A stretch of 64,000 nucleotides of DNA from Chiayiivirga flava (GTDB taxonomy: Bacteria; Pseudomonadota; Gammaproteobacteria; Xanthomonadales; Xanthomonadaceae). A program made the translations under genes and the position numbers. The notes beneath the pieces were generated by a model. It saw nothing but the letters and a program-made list of their open reading frames with translations, ran no database searches and was not told the origin of the DNA. The stretch spans positions 1 through 64,000 of the forward strand of contig JBBCJS010000003.1 of assembly GCA_037190825.1 (NCBI GenBank), read 5' to 3'. Positions within the stretch are counted from its first letter, which is position 1, and each line of letters starts with the position of its first letter. Below are positions 28,998 to 39,957 of the stretch, piece by piece.

Positions 28998-29615
28998 ATG
29001 AGCCTGACGCTTTACACCCACCCCCAATCCCGTGGCCAGATCGCGCGCTGGATGCTGGAGGAAACCGGCCTGCCCTACGAGGAAGTCCTGCTCGACTACG
29101 GCACCACGATGAAAGCGCCCGAGTACCTGGCGATCAACCCGATGGGCAAGGTGCCGGCGATACGCCACGGCGACACCGTCGTCACCGAGGGCGTGGCCAT
29201 CGGCCTGTACCTGGCCGACCTCGTTCCGGAAAAACGCCTCGCGCCGCCGCCCGGCAGTCCCGAGCGCGGCCCCTACTACCGCTGGCTGCTGTTCCTCGCC
29301 GGCCCGCTGGAAGCCATGCTGACCGCCAAACAGGCCGGCGCGCTGGCCTCGCCCGTCAGCGCGGGCTATGGCGCGGAAGGCGACGTGGTGCGCGTGCTGG
29401 AACAGGCCGTGAGCGGCAAGACGTACCTCGCCGGCGACCACTTCACCGCCGCCGACCTGTTCATGACGGCGTACCTGAGCTTCTACATGGAGTTCGGCAT
29501 GCTCGAACGCCTGCCCGCCTTCGAGGCGTTCTGCGCCCACCACCTCCACCGCCCGGCAGGGCTGGCCGCGAAGGCGCGGGACGAGGCGTTGATCGCGGCG
29601 CGGAAGGCGGGGTGA
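28998..29615 (+). CDS. Glutathione S-transferase
   Basis: 205 aa; MSLTLYTHPQSRGQIARWMLEETGLPYEEVLLDY thioredoxin-like GST N-domain; start fixed by length arithmetic from the stop. Confidence 0.9.
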   Translation: MSLTLYTHPQSRGQIARWMLEETGLPYEEVLLDYGTTMKAPEYLAINPMGKVPAIRHGDTVVTEGVAIGLYLADLVPEKRLAPPPGSPERGPYYRWLLFLAGPLEAMLTAKQAGALASPVSAGYGAEGDVVRVLEQAVSGKTYLAGDHFTAADLFMTAYLSFYMEFGMLERLPAFEAFCAHHLHRPAGLAAKARDEALIAARKAG

Positions 29616-29628
29616 GAGCGCTCCGGTG

Positions 29629-30378
29629 TCACTCGAAACCATCCTCGAAGACGAGCGGCACGCCGCGGAAGCCCGCCATGGTCATCACCGCACGGGTGGC
29701 GTTGCCCGTTCCGGACGTGATGTCGTAGCTGCCGGTCGCCGTGGTGATGCGGTAGGCCGGTACCACGCAGAACGCGTTGCCGGCCGTGCACGCCAATTGC
29801 AGGGGATTGCCCGGAAACACCGAAATGCCGTTCGGCACGCTGTCGTAGACGAAGACCGAATGCAGCAGCAGGTGCGCGAATGACGTCGGGCCCGAATTGA
29901 TCGTGTGGGTGTTGATCGCAGCCGTGTCGTCCGAGGTCTGCACATCCATCGCGATGGGGATGGAGACGGCGTCGAAGCGTGCCAGGCTGACGCAGCTCGA
30001 CTCGCCACCGGGCGCCGCCGCGGCATAGGTCAAGGTGACGCTGTCGCCCGCTTGCAGGGCGGTGGCGACCGGCGCGGCGAAGCTGAAGCCGCGATAGGTC
30101 GGATTCAGCGCGGCGTGGGTGCGCGACATCGTGACGGTGTAGCCATTGCCGCGCGTGTCGCCGATGCTCCCGAACGTCGCATTGCCGGTCGTGCCGGCCG
30201 ACACCAGCAGCACGCTGCCGACGGGGACGGCGCCGGTCAGCACGACAGAGTGACTGCCGCCGGCCTGCGGAATGTTCGCGCAGGACGCGCCACGGTCGCC
30301 CCCGAACACTTGCGCGAATCCTGTGGCCGGAAGCAGCAGCGCCAGTGCGGGAAGGACACGATGCCGCGTCGTGCGCAT
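29629..30378 (-). CDS. Secreted hypothetical beta-rich protein ending in ...LVFEDGFE
   Basis: 250 aa from signal peptide MRTTRHRVLPALALLLPATGFAQ (ATG at 30376-30378 preceded by a GGAGA RBS); Gly/Thr/Ser-rich; stop falls immediately after the DGFE motif; the track-ORF N-terminal extension translates a REP element (IPAKAGMTEVF). Confidence 0.7.
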   Translation of the reverse strand: MRTTRHRVLPALALLLPATGFAQVFGGDRGASCANIPQAGGSHSVVLTGAVPVGSVLLVSAGTTGNATFGSIGDTRGNGYTVTMSRTHAALNPTYRGFSFAAPVATALQAGDSVTLTYAAAAPGGESSCVSLARFDAVSIPIAMDVQTSDDTAAINTHTINSGPTSFAHLLLHSVFVYDSVPNGISVFPGNPLQLACTAGNAFCVVPAYRITTATGSYDITSGTGNATRAVMTMAGFRGVPLVFEDGFE

Positions 30379-30507
30379 GACCTTTCTCCAAGGCTCGGCG
30401 TGCGAGCCAGTGTGCGCCGCGCATGCGGCATCGGCAACACGGTGCAGCCGTGGTCGCACGGGAATGTCCCGTCTCACCGCGCCGAGGCCGGACCGTATCC
30501 CTTGGGC

Positions 30508-30572
30508 ACCTCGAAAAACCTCCGTCATCCCCGCCTTCGCGGGAATGACGAGCAAAAGCAGGTTTTTCGAGG
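30508..30572. repeat. Nested-hairpin REP-like element (~65 nt)
   Basis: cctcgaaaaacct-ccgtcatccccgc-cttc-gcgggaatgacg-agcaaaagc-aggtttttcgagg: the outer 13-nt arms are exact reverse complements and the inner 11-nt stem is nearly perfect. Confidence 0.7.
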
Positions 30573-30582
30573 TTCCCCCTTC

Positions 30583-32283
30583 CTACTCGAACCCGTCGTC
30601 GAACATGGCGTCGGGCGCCGCCAGCAGGATGCTGTGCGGCGTGATCACGTTGGCGGGGCCGGCGAGCTGTGTGAGTTCGAGCGACACGGCCTGATCGCGC
30701 GCGTCGGGAACTTCCAGCGCAATGATGGCGCGCTGTTCGCCGCCGGCGGGAAACGCCAGCGTGCCCGTGGTTTCGTAGCCGCCGCTGGCGGCATAGGCCA
30801 GCGACAGGGCGGAACTGGTGTTCGAACGTACTACCGTCGCTTCCACATGCTGCACGCCGGCACCCGGTGTCACCGAGACATCGGCGAGCCAGACATTGAC
30901 GCGCGGGCGCGGCGCGTTGGCCGGCACGTAACCGGCATCGAAACCGGGTGCGGGAAATGTCGCCGCCGTAGGCGCGATGCCCGAGGCCGTCCAGTCGCCC
31001 AGCGCATCCAGCGCGGTCAGCACCTGCATGGCGTCGAACCGGCAGTGACGGGTGCCGCTGGCGAAGGTGCCGTGGAAATGCGCGCTTCGGCCCGATGCCG
31101 CGACCACTTCCCGGTACTGCGTGAGGCCCCAGTCGGGCGTGACGGCATCGGCCTTGTTCTGCACCATCAGGGCCGGAATCCGCACATCGCCGGTCACCTC
31201 GCCCAGGGCGTGCAGCGCATTGCGGGCCGTTTGCGAGGCGCTCAGTTGCGCGGGCAGGGCGTTGGCGGCATCGAGGTATTCGATCAGGGTTTCGAACGCA
31301 TCCTCCCCTCCAAGCGATATGAAGTAGGCGATCTGTGCCGCATCGAGCGAGTAGCCGGACGACTGCCCGTTCAGGGTTTCCAGCGGCCCGAACGGCGCGC
31401 CGACCTGATCCTGCAAGTCCGCGATCAGTTCGGTCGCCAACTGCACGACATCCGGGATCACCGGCGACGGCAAGAGGTAGTACTCGTTTCCAGTGTTCGG
31501 CAGGCGGGACGTGAGGCGCTGGAATTCGAGTTTTCTGAATGCCGAAGGGGTTTGGAGTTGGAGAATCATCTGCGACCGGACGCCATCGGCCTCGAAGTCG
31601 AAGGGCCAGGGCACGGCGTTTGCCGCATGGGTGCCGGGGTAGTTCGGCAGCGTGGCGGCCTGTTTGAGGATGGAAAAGTCGATCAGGCCATCCACCCAGC
31701 GGCTCAGCCCCATGCCCGGCGTACACATCGCCAGTGCGCCGTCGAAGGCGGCGGCGTGCGTGGGGCTTTCGGCGATCTGCAAGGCCACCAGCCCGCCCAT
31801 GTCGGCTCCGGCGATGAGCCTGCGCTGGATGTCGCAGTCCGGCTGCAAGGCCGCGATCCGCGCGGGAATCGCTGCGCTGCTGGTCACGCCCAGCGGCACC
31901 GCCCAGCGCCCCTGGCAATAGTTGCCGTTGCCCTGGCAGGCATCGGCATCGGGCAGGCTGTACTGCGCCGCCGCCAGCAGGTAGCCGGCATCCAGCAGCG
32001 CCTGCCTGAGCGCGGCATTGCCGAGGAAAACCGGGGTTTGCGTGTACTGCCCGCCGTGGCTGTCGTCGGCGTAGCCCTGCGCGTACACTAGCAGGGTGCC
32101 GTTGAAGGACGGCGGAATCTGATAGACAAGTTCCATGCCGTCCACGGTATCGGTGTATTCGCCGGGCGTGCAGGCCGCCTGGGCGAACGCACTGCCGCAC
32201 GCAAGCCATGCGCCGCAGGCGATGAGGCGACCCAGAAGCCGTGAACTCCATCCGTGCGTCATCGTGCATTCCCCTTTCGTCAT
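30583..32283 (-). CDS. Secreted alpha/beta-hydrolase-like protein ending in ...MFDDGFE
   Basis: 566 aa; signal peptide; Cys-rich N-terminal region; nucleophile-elbow-like IAGADMGGLVA; stop falls immediately after DGFE; the true start may be M8 (32262). Confidence 0.7.
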   Translation of the reverse strand: MTKGECTMTHGWSSRLLGRLIACGAWLACGSAFAQAACTPGEYTDTVDGMELVYQIPPSFNGTLLVYAQGYADDSHGGQYTQTPVFLGNAALRQALLDAGYLLAAAQYSLPDADACQGNGNYCQGRWAVPLGVTSSAAIPARIAALQPDCDIQRRLIAGADMGGLVALQIAESPTHAAAFDGALAMCTPGMGLSRWVDGLIDFSILKQAATLPNYPGTHAANAVPWPFDFEADGVRSQMILQLQTPSAFRKLEFQRLTSRLPNTGNEYYLLPSPVIPDVVQLATELIADLQDQVGAPFGPLETLNGQSSGYSLDAAQIAYFISLGGEDAFETLIEYLDAANALPAQLSASQTARNALHALGEVTGDVRIPALMVQNKADAVTPDWGLTQYREVVAASGRSAHFHGTFASGTRHCRFDAMQVLTALDALGDWTASGIAPTAATFPAPGFDAGYVPANAPRPRVNVWLADVSVTPGAGVQHVEATVVRSNTSSALSLAYAASGGYETTGTLAFPAGGEQRAIIALEVPDARDQAVSLELTQLAGPANVITPHSILLAAPDAMFDDGFE

Positions 32284-32334
32284 CGAACAGCGAACTGCCG
32301 CCGCAGGCTGGAAAAATCATACTCCCGGGTGCGT

Positions 32335-34953
32335 TCAGACCATCTTCTTGAGTCGATACAGCAGATCGTGCGCCTCGCGCGGACTCACTGCATCCGGATC
32401 GAGGCCGCGCAGGGTTTCTTCCACGGGCGAGGGCATCGGCGGGGCGAACAGGCCCATCTGCGGCGATGCGGGTGTGGCTGCCGCGGTGGCTGCTGGTGCA
32501 GGTATGTCGAGGCTCGCGGCCATGCCGGATTCGAGGTGGTGCAGCGTCGCGCGCGCCTGCGCGATGACCGGCTTGGGCAGGCCGGCGAGGGCGGCGACTT
32601 GCAGGCCGAAGCTGCGGTTGGCCGGGCCGTCCTTCACCGCGTGCATGAACACCAGGGCGTCGCCATGCTCGACGGCATCCAGGTGCACGTTGGCGATGCC
32701 GCTGGGGTGGCCGTCGGCATTCGCGTCCGCGAGGGTGGTCAACTCGAAGTAGTGGGTGGCGAACAGGGTGAAGGCGCGGTTGGCGTGCGCCAGATGCCGG
32801 GCGCAGGCTTCGGCCAGCGCGAGGCCGTCGTAGGTGGAGGTGCCGCGGCCGATCTCGTCCATCAGCACGAGGGAGCGGTCGGTGGCGTGGTGCAGGATGT
32901 AGCTGGTTTCGCTCATTTCGACCATGAAGGTCGATTGACCTTTGGCCAGGTCATCGCCGGCGCCGATGCGGGTCAGGATGCGGTCGATAGGGCCGATCCG
33001 CGCGCGCGTGGCGGGCACGAAGCTGCCAATGTGGGCGAGCAGCACGATCAGCGCGTTCTGGCGCATGTAGGTGCTCTTGCCGCCCATGTTCGGGCCGGTG
33101 ATGACGAGCATGCGGCGCTCGGGCGTGAGGTGCAGGTCGTTCGGCTCGAAGGGCTCGTCGCGCACCGCTTCCACTACAGGATGGCGGCCGCGTTCGATGG
33201 CGATGCCGGGCGTTTCGGTGAGTTCCGGGCATGACCAGTCCAGCGCCAGCGCGCGTTCGGAAAAGCAGCACAGCACGTCCAGTTCGCTCAACGCGGCGGC
33301 GCAGCGCTTGAGCGGCTCCAGTTCGACGTTGAGCGCGTCGAGCAGTTCCTCGTACAGCAGTTTCTCGCGCGCCAGGGCGCGTTCGCGGGCGCTGAGGACC
33401 TTGTCCTCGAAGGCCTTGAGTTCCTCGGTGATGTAGCGCTCCGCGCCGGTGAGGGTCTGGCGGCGGGTGTAGTGCACCGGCGCCTTGTCGGCCTGGCCCT
33501 TGCTGATCTCGATGAAGTAGCCGTGCACGCGGTTGTAGCCGACCTTCAGCGTCGGGATGCCGCTGGCGGCGCGTTCGCGCGCTTCCAGGTCGATCAGGAA
33601 CTGGTCGGCGTTGGTGGCCAGTTGCCGCAGTTCGTCCAGTTGCGCATCGAAGCCATCGGCGATGACGCCGCCGTCGCGCAGCAGCAGCGGTGGCTGCGGC
33701 ATCACGGCGCGGGCGAGCAGTTCGGCGTTGGCCGTGTGTTCGCCCAGTTGCGCGGCGAGGGTGGAAAGGCGCGGGGAATCCAGCGGCGCAAGCTCGGCGC
33801 GGATCGCCGGCAGCGCGCCCAGGCCATCGCGCAGGGTGGACAGATCGCGCGGGCGGGCCGAGCGCAGCGCGACGCGGGCGAGGATGCGTTCCAGGTCGCC
33901 GAGGGCGCGGAAGCGCTCGCGCAGCGGCTCGAAGCGGCGGGTGTCGAGCAGGGTCTGCACGGCGTGATGGCGTTCGCGCAAGACGTGCTGATCGCGCAGC
34001 GGGCGGTGCAGCCAGCGCCGCAGCAGGCGGCCGCCCATCGGCGTGATGGTGCTGTCCACCACGCCGAGCAGGGTGTGGCGGGCGTTGCCGTCCACGCGCG
34101 AATCCAGTTCCAGGTGGCGGCGCGTGGCGGCGTTCATCGCGATGCCGTCGTCGGCCGATTCGAACGCGATGGAGGATAGATGCGGCAGGCGCTGTTTCTG
34201 GGTTTCTTCGACGTAGGCCAGCAGCGCGCCGGCAGCGGCGGTGGCCAGCGCACGTTGTTCCAGCCCGAAGCCGGAAAGATCGTGCAGATTGAAGAAGCGC
34301 AGCAACTGGCGGCGGCAGGCGTCGGCATCGAACAGCCATGGCGCGCGGCGGCGCACGCCGGCACGGGTGGCCAGCGTCTCGGGCAAGCCTTCTTCGTCCG
34401 GCAGCAGCAGTTCGGCCGGCTCCAGTCGCGCCAGTTCGGCCGCGAGCGCGTCCTCGGTTTCCACTTCGTTGACGAGGAAGCGCCCGGAGGAAAGATCGGC
34501 CCAGGCCAGGCCATAGCCGTTCCTGCCGCGCGCGACCGCCATCAACAATGTGTCGCGGCGTTCCTGCAACAGGGCTTCGTCGGTGACGGTGCCGGGCGTG
34601 ACGACGCGGACGACCTTGCGTTCCACCAGTCCTTTCGCCAGTGCCGGATCGCCGATCTGCTCGCAGATCGCCACCGATTCGCCCAGCGCCACCAGCCGCG
34701 CCAGGTAGCCTTCGTACGAATGCGCCGGCACGCCGGCCATCGGGATCGGCGCGCCGCCGGAACTGCCGCGCTGGGTCAGGGTGATGTCGAGAAGCTTCGC
34801 CGCCCGGCGCGCATCGTCGTAGAACAGTTCGTAGAAATCGCCCATCCGGAAGAACACCAGGATGTCCGGGTGCTCGGCCTTGGCCGCGAAATACTGCTTC
34901 ATCAGCGGCGTGTGCTCGGGCGTCTTGTCCTTCGGGAGTGCGGGAGGGGTCAT
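32335..34953 (-). CDS. mutS: DNA mismatch repair protein MutS
   Basis: N-terminus [34 protein letters not shown]; Walker [14 protein letters not shown]; C-terminal domain; start refined to 34953 (M108 of the track ORF). Confidence 0.95.
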   Translation of the reverse strand: MTPPALPKDKTPEHTPLMKQYFAAKAEHPDILVFFRMGDFYELFYDDARRAAKLLDITLTQRGSSGGAPIPMAGVPAHSYEGYLARLVALGESVAICEQIGDPALAKGLVERKVVRVVTPGTVTDEALLQERRDTLLMAVARGRNGYGLAWADLSSGRFLVNEVETEDALAAELARLEPAELLLPDEEGLPETLATRAGVRRRAPWLFDADACRRQLLRFFNLHDLSGFGLEQRALATAAAGALLAYVEETQKQRLPHLSSIAFESADDGIAMNAATRRHLELDSRVDGNARHTLLGVVDSTITPMGGRLLRRWLHRPLRDQHVLRERHHAVQTLLDTRRFEPLRERFRALGDLERILARVALRSARPRDLSTLRDGLGALPAIRAELAPLDSPRLSTLAAQLGEHTANAELLARAVMPQPPLLLRDGGVIADGFDAQLDELRQLATNADQFLIDLEARERAASGIPTLKVGYNRVHGYFIEISKGQADKAPVHYTRRQTLTGAERYITEELKAFEDKVLSARERALAREKLLYEELLDALNVELEPLKRCAAALSELDVLCCFSERALALDWSCPELTETPGIAIERGRHPVVEAVRDEPFEPNDLHLTPERRMLVITGPNMGGKSTYMRQNALIVLLAHIGSFVPATRARIGPIDRILTRIGAGDDLAKGQSTFMVEMSETSYILHHATDRSLVLMDEIGRGTSTYDGLALAEACARHLAHANRAFTLFATHYFELTTLADANADGHPSGIANVHLDAVEHGDALVFMHAVKDGPANRSFGLQVAALAGLPKPVIAQARATLHHLESGMAASLDIPAPAATAAATPASPQMGLFAPPMPSPVEETLRGLDPDAVSPREAHDLLYRLKKMV

Positions 34954-35191
34954 CGGGTGCGGTGCGCGAACGGGCGGAGCGGGCCGGGAATGGTACAGGA
35001 GCCGGTCGCGCGGGCCGGGCAGGGGCATCGGTCGTGTCGACGGTGTGTCGGCGTACGTGGGTCGTGGGACGGGCGGGAGAGGGGTGTCGACTGGCTCCGA
35101 TCCGAGCAGGTGGTTATGGCACGATGACGGAGGCGGCTGGCCGGGAGGAAGGGAAGAGGAATGGCCGGGAGTTTGATGGGAAGGAAGCCCG

Positions 35192-36388
35192 ATGGCACGG
35201 CATGAGTTCTCCGCCGCCGTACGTCGGCAGATTGCCGAGCGTGCAGGGCACCAGTGCAGTTTTCCGGCGTGCAATCGCCGTACCGTGGGCGGCAGCGCGG
35301 ACGGCCGGCATGTTTCTCGGAGTGGGTACGCTGCCCACGTTTACTCCGCTTCTTCCAACGGCCCCCGTGGCCAGGGTGGTTTGTCGCCCGAGGAACTGCG
35401 CAGTGCGGACAACGGGATTTGGTTGTGCGGCGTGCACGCCAAGCTGGTGGACAACCATGAAGGGAGTGAGTATCCGCCGGAGGTGCTGCATAGCTACAAG
35501 GCTTTGCACGAGGCGCGCGTGGCGCTGGAGCACGAAGGGCTCTATCCGCCGGTAGGATGGCTGCACGAGTTCACGGTTGGGCAGAATCCGCTGTTCGTTC
35601 CGAATCAGCGTTTCCAGTTCGCCAAACTGAACCTGTTCTACGGGATGAACGGAACGGGTAAGACAGCGCTGACCGAATGGATCACCGGATTTTTCGACGC
35701 GACGCGATACTCCCGCTGGATGAAGAGTCGGGCGGTGCCTATCCAGGCGGCCATGTCGGTGCTCAATCCCAGGCTTCAGCGGCTGTCCGTGGTGGTGACG
35801 CAGAACGATGCCGCTTATGAGATCGACGGCATTCCGTGCGCCTTCGTCCCGCTGGGCTTCAACGTGATCCAACTGCGTCTCTTGCCGCTGGGCAGGGACC
35901 ATGTCGAGTGGCTGTCGCAGGTGCTGGGGCTGCCGAAAGCCGTCATCCGAGGGTTGGCGCAGGAGGTGGCCCGAGCTCCGGGCGCGCGGATCTCGAATCT
36001 GCGGTTCGAGCGCGATCCGGGCGATGACCAGAAGGAAGTGCTTCGCCTGGATGTGAAGGGAGCACATCCGGGGCTGATGCTGAATGGCCTGAGCGGTGGC
36101 GAGGAAGCCACGGTGGTGCTGGAGCTGGCGATCGCGGCCGCACGGCTTTCGGGCAGGTATTGCCCCACCTTGCTGGTTCTCGAGGGGCGCCCGGTGAACA
36201 TCCTGGGGAGCTTCTTCGAGAATTACTCACGTCATCTGCTCGATCCGGAAAACCAGTTCCAGACGCTGATGAGCCTGCCGGAGCGGGACATGAATCTTGG
36301 CGAGGTGCGCTGGAATGGATGGCAGGTCATCCATACTCAGGGCCAGCGCCCTGGATTGCGGTTCACTCAAAACGCTGCCGGATACTGA
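35192..36388 (+). CDS. HNH-endonuclease / ABC-type (AAA_21-like) ATPase fusion protein; candidate single-gene antiphage defence
   Basis: N-terminal HNH ([11 protein letters not shown] ... [15 protein letters not shown]); central P-loop [18 protein letters not shown]; ABC-signature-like [14 protein letters not shown] and Walker-B-like TLLVLEG; about 63% GC and relaxed third-position bias compared with neighbours; divergent from mutS. Confidence 0.8.
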   Translation: MARHEFSAAVRRQIAERAGHQCSFPACNRRTVGGSADGRHVSRSGYAAHVYSASSNGPRGQGGLSPEELRSADNGIWLCGVHAKLVDNHEGSEYPPEVLHSYKALHEARVALEHEGLYPPVGWLHEFTVGQNPLFVPNQRFQFAKLNLFYGMNGTGKTALTEWITGFFDATRYSRWMKSRAVPIQAAMSVLNPRLQRLSVVVTQNDAAYEIDGIPCAFVPLGFNVIQLRLLPLGRDHVEWLSQVLGLPKAVIRGLAQEVARAPGARISNLRFERDPGDDQKEVLRLDVKGAHPGLMLNGLSGGEEATVVLELAIAAARLSGRYCPTLLVLEGRPVNILGSFFENYSRHLLDPENQFQTLMSLPERDMNLGEVRWNGWQVIHTQGQRPGLRFTQNAAGY

Positions 36389-36411
36389 TCGCCGTCGGCG
36401 GGCCGGCATCG

Positions 36412-37284
36412 CTAGCCAGTGCCGGCAGAGGAACCGAAAGTCTTCAGCCAATAACCCACGCCGCTACCGGAGATGCCGGCGCCCCACAGCGCAATGGCCT
36501 CGCTGAGTTCGGGTATCAGCACGAGGACGATGCCGAGAACGAACGCAAAGAAAGCGAACAATGGCTCCAGGCGTGCACGCAGTTGACCAGCGAACGTGCT
36601 CGGCCGGCTGTTCCAGTGCTTGAGCAGCAGCAGGATGTAGGTGGCGAGGAATACAACCACGCACAGCGTGAGCAGACCCAGGAACAGGACGCTCCAGATC
36701 CGACTGGGTGCGGGCTTCTGTTCGGCGGGCGGGGATTGAGCAGAGGCGATTGCAGCCTCCAGTTCCCTTATTTTCTCGGCAAGATCGGCAGTCAGGCGAG
36801 CTGTGCGCAAGCTTGGTTCCGCTACGGTGGCCTCTCCGATTTCGAAGGTCGCCGAGGTCAGCAGAGTCACGAACTCGGTGTTGATCTCCTTATTGGCGCT
36901 GGTTCTCAGATGCTCGGTGGCCTTCACCAGTTTGTCGATCGCACGCTCCAGGTGGCGCTTGGCCTCTGGGGTTTCTGCGCTGGCCAGGGTTTCGGCCAGC
37001 GCGATCCGCATCTGTACCAGATCGGCGGCGTGTACGGCGACACGGCTCTTGACGTTGTAGTCCTGGTAGCTGGGAAGTGCGATCGCCGCGAGAATGGCGA
37101 CGACGGCGATCGGAATGGCGACCTTGATCCAGGACAGGCCGCCGCGTCGTGGCTTGCCGGTGCCATTCGTCTGGCCGTCACTGGAAGACGCCCGTCGTTG
37201 TTCGGCGGATCGCCAGGGTTGGCGCGAAAGCAGCCACATGCAGGCCAGCGTGGCGAGTCCGAGAACGAATGCCCATGCGTTCAT
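36412..37284 (-). CDS. Membrane protein with an internal degenerate type-IV-pilin-like N-terminal helix
   Basis: 290 aa from MNAWAF (ATG ~37284 with a GGGGA RBS); predicted TM1; then GGLSWIKVAIPIAVVAILAAIALPSYQDY aligns to the pilin consensus [28 protein letters not shown] (E5 replaced by K); helical middle region and two C-terminal TM helices. Confidence 0.6.
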   Translation of the reverse strand: MNAWAFVLGLATLACMWLLSRQPWRSAEQRRASSSDGQTNGTGKPRRGGLSWIKVAIPIAVVAILAAIALPSYQDYNVKSRVAVHAADLVQMRIALAETLASAETPEAKRHLERAIDKLVKATEHLRTSANKEINTEFVTLLTSATFEIGEATVAEPSLRTARLTADLAEKIRELEAAIASAQSPPAEQKPAPSRIWSVLFLGLLTLCVVVFLATYILLLLKHWNSRPSTFAGQLRARLEPLFAFFAFVLGIVLVLIPELSEAIALWGAGISGSGVGYWLKTFGSSAGTG

Positions 37285-37595
37285 ATGATCCCCTTGTGCA
37301 GCGTACGCAACCGGCAGGCGGAAGGCGAGGTCGGCAATCTTTTGCTGCCGCTGTGGGCCTGTCAATAGAAGGCGCTCGTCGCCAGAGCGACGCCGTTCTT
37401 CCGGAGTGTCCTTAGGTCACGGCGCCGCATGGGCCTTCCGCAGAGCCATGCGAACATCTCCAAGGCGACTCCCCCCATGTGTGCCGTGTTCACGGCCGAC
37501 TTCGCTCTCTTCGCCAGGATGGAGCAGGGGATGGACATCAGCGCCAGGTGCATGAGCCGCGCGGGCCGGCCGGTCGCGTACCCGGCGCCGCTGGG

Positions 37596-38270
37596 TCAGG
37601 AGCCGTCGCCGGGGCGCTCCGGCGCGTCGCCGTAGTACAGCACGCCGAGCCTGATCTTCTCCCGGCCCTGCGCGCGGCGGTGGCGGTTGGTGTCGCGCAG
37701 GGAGTAGAGGCAGCCGCAGTATTCCTGCTGGTAGAAGTGTTCGCGCTTGGAGATTTCGATCATGCGCTGGCTGCCACCGCCCTTGCGCCAGTTGTAGTCC
37801 CAGTAGACGAGGTTGTCGTAGGGCGCGGCGGCGCGATGGCCGCAGTCGTTGATCTGCTCCATGTTCTTCCAGCGCGAGATGCCCAGCGAGCTGGTGATGA
37901 CCGGGAAGCCGTGCTCGTGCGCGTAGAGCGCGGTGCGTTCGAAGCGCATGTCGAAGCACATGGTGCAGCGGATGCCGCGCTCGGGTTCGTTTTCCATGCC
38001 CTTGGCGCGGGCGAACCAGTTGTCGGTGTCGTAGTCGGCGTCGATGAACGGCACGCCGTGCTTCTGCGCGAAGCGGATGTTCTCCTCCTTGCGCAGTTCG
38101 TATTCCTTCACCGGGTGGATGTTGGGGTTGTAGAAGAAGATGGTGTAGTCGATGCCCGATTCGACGAACGCCTCCATCAGCTCGCCCGAGCAGGGAGCGC
38201 AGCAGGAATGCATGAGCAGGCGGTCGCCTTGGGGAAGCTGCAGGCGGGGACGGGAACTGTGGGTGGTCAT
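37596..38270 (-). CDS. queH: Epoxyqueuosine reductase QueH (DUF208)
   Basis: [12 protein letters not shown] cysteine motif plus conserved [13 protein letters not shown] and EYCGCLYS blocks. Confidence 0.85.
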   Translation of the reverse strand: MTTHSSRPRLQLPQGDRLLMHSCCAPCSGELMEAFVESGIDYTIFFYNPNIHPVKEYELRKEENIRFAQKHGVPFIDADYDTDNWFARAKGMENEPERGIRCTMCFDMRFERTALYAHEHGFPVITSSLGISRWKNMEQINDCGHRAAAPYDNLVYWDYNWRKGGGSQRMIEISKREHFYQQEYCGCLYSLRDTNRHRRAQGREKIRLGVLYYGDAPERPGDGS

Positions 38271-38305
38271 GTGTGGTTCCGAAGGTCACGGGTGGACGGG
38301 GCCGA

Positions 38306-39862
38306 TCAGCCCTCGTCCGTTTCTGCCGGGCGCAGCCGCGCCATGCCCACGCGGCGGCGTTCCAGGGTGAGCACGTCCAGCTGCCAGTCGCCCGTGCGCA
38401 CGATGTCGCCCACGTCGGGCAGGCGTTCGAGGCGGTGCAGGAACAGGCCGGAGACGGTGACGTAGGCCGGGTCGCGTTCCAGGTTGACACCCGTGGCGCG
38501 TTGCAGGTCTTCCATCGACATGGAGGCGTCGATGATCCAGCTTCCGTCGTCCTGCCTTTCCGCGCCGTAGTCGGCGTCGCGGGTGTCGGCCAGGTCGCCG
38601 GCGATGGCGGCGAGCAGGTCGTTGGCGGTGACCAGGCCCTCGACACCGCCGTATTCGTCCACCACCACGGCCAGCGGGATGGGGTGTGCGCGGATGCGTT
38701 CGAGCGCCTGCAGCGCGGTGGTGGATTCGGGCAGCATCACCGGTTCGCGCAGGTATTCGGTCAGCGACAGCGGCTTGCCCGTGAGCACGCCGGCGAGCAG
38801 GTCGCGGCTCTGGACCACGCCTTGCAGGTTGTCCAGGTCGCCGTCGCAGACCAGCAGCCGGGTGTGCGGGGATCTGGTCAGGCGCGCGGTGGCATCCTCG
38901 ATGCCGCGCCGGCTGTCGATCCACTGGATGTCCGGGCGCACCGTCATGACGCTGGCGACGGAGCGTTCGGCCAGGGTCAGCACGCTGCGGATCATGTCGT
39001 GTTCGGCCGCTTCCAGCCCGGCCTGTTCCTGCGCCTCGGGTTTGTCGGTGGCGGCGGTTTCGCCTTCGGCGCTCGATTCGGCCGGGCGCGAGCCGAGCAG
39101 GCGCATCACCGCATCGGCGGTGCGCTGGCGGAAGGGCAGCTTGCGCTCGGCCCGCGTGCGGTTGAACAGCGACCACTGGTTGAAGAACTCGATGAGGATC
39201 GAGAACGCGATGGCGGCGTACAGGTAGCCCTTGGGAATCTTGAAGCCCAGGCCCTCGGCCACGAGGCTGAAGCCGATCATCAGCAGGAAGCCCAGGCACA
39301 GGATCACCACGGTGGCATGGCGGTTGACGAACTCGGTCAGCGGCTTGCTCGCGAGCATCATCACCGCCATCGCGATGATGACGGCGGCGTACATCACGCC
39401 GAGCTGGTCGACCATGCCCACGGCGGTGATGACCGAATCCAGCGAGAACACGGCATCGAGGATCACGATCTGGGTGACGACCACGCCGAAGCTGGCGTAG
39501 ACGCGGTTGCCGGCATGTTCGTGGCCGCGGCCTTCGAGCCGCTCGTGCAGTTCCATCGTGGCCTTGAACAGCAGGAACAGGCCGCCGCCGAGCAGGATCA
39601 GGTCGCGCCCGGAGAAGGCGTGCCCGAACACGGAGAACAGCGGTTCGGTGAGCTGCATGATCCACGACAGCGTGGCCAGCAGCACCAGACGCATCAGCAG
39701 GGCCAGCGAGAGGCCGATGATGCGGGCCTTGTCGCGCTGGTGCGGCGGCAGCTTGTCCGCCAGGATGGCGATGAATACGAGGTTGTCGATGCCCAGGATG
39801 ATTTCCAGGATCACCAGGGTTGCCAGACCCATCCAGATGGTCGGGTCGCTGAGCCATTCCAT
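38306..39862 (-). CDS. TerC-family integral membrane protein with C-terminal CBS pair and CorC/HlyC transporter-associated domain
   Basis: 519 aa from [34 protein letters not shown] (TerC hallmark) through CBS repeats and the CorC_HlyC tail; the 1406-aa track ORF upstream is a high-GC read-through artefact. Confidence 0.85.
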   Translation of the reverse strand: MEWLSDPTIWMGLATLVILEIILGIDNLVFIAILADKLPPHQRDKARIIGLSLALLMRLVLLATLSWIMQLTEPLFSVFGHAFSGRDLILLGGGLFLLFKATMELHERLEGRGHEHAGNRVYASFGVVVTQIVILDAVFSLDSVITAVGMVDQLGVMYAAVIIAMAVMMLASKPLTEFVNRHATVVILCLGFLLMIGFSLVAEGLGFKIPKGYLYAAIAFSILIEFFNQWSLFNRTRAERKLPFRQRTADAVMRLLGSRPAESSAEGETAATDKPEAQEQAGLEAAEHDMIRSVLTLAERSVASVMTVRPDIQWIDSRRGIEDATARLTRSPHTRLLVCDGDLDNLQGVVQSRDLLAGVLTGKPLSLTEYLREPVMLPESTTALQALERIRAHPIPLAVVVDEYGGVEGLVTANDLLAAIAGDLADTRDADYGAERQDDGSWIIDASMSMEDLQRATGVNLERDPAYVTVSGLFLHRLERLPDVGDIVRTGDWQLDVLTLERRRVGMARLRPAETDEG

Positions 39863-39957
39863 GCGTGCGTTCTTGATGTGGCGGGACGGGCATTTTCCCA
39901 CGACAGGGGCGCGCTGCGCGTTAAGCTCGCACGGTCGGGCGGGACAGGAGACGGGGA

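Noticed and set aside
25757-32283. DGFE-terminated proteins interpreted as truncated pseudogenes that lost a PPC domain
   Set aside because: Five independent genes all stop within 0-13 codons after the same motif, and none has PPC-like remnants or frameshifted continuation downstream (REP elements or the next gene follow). A common functional terminus is more parsimonious than five coincident truncations.
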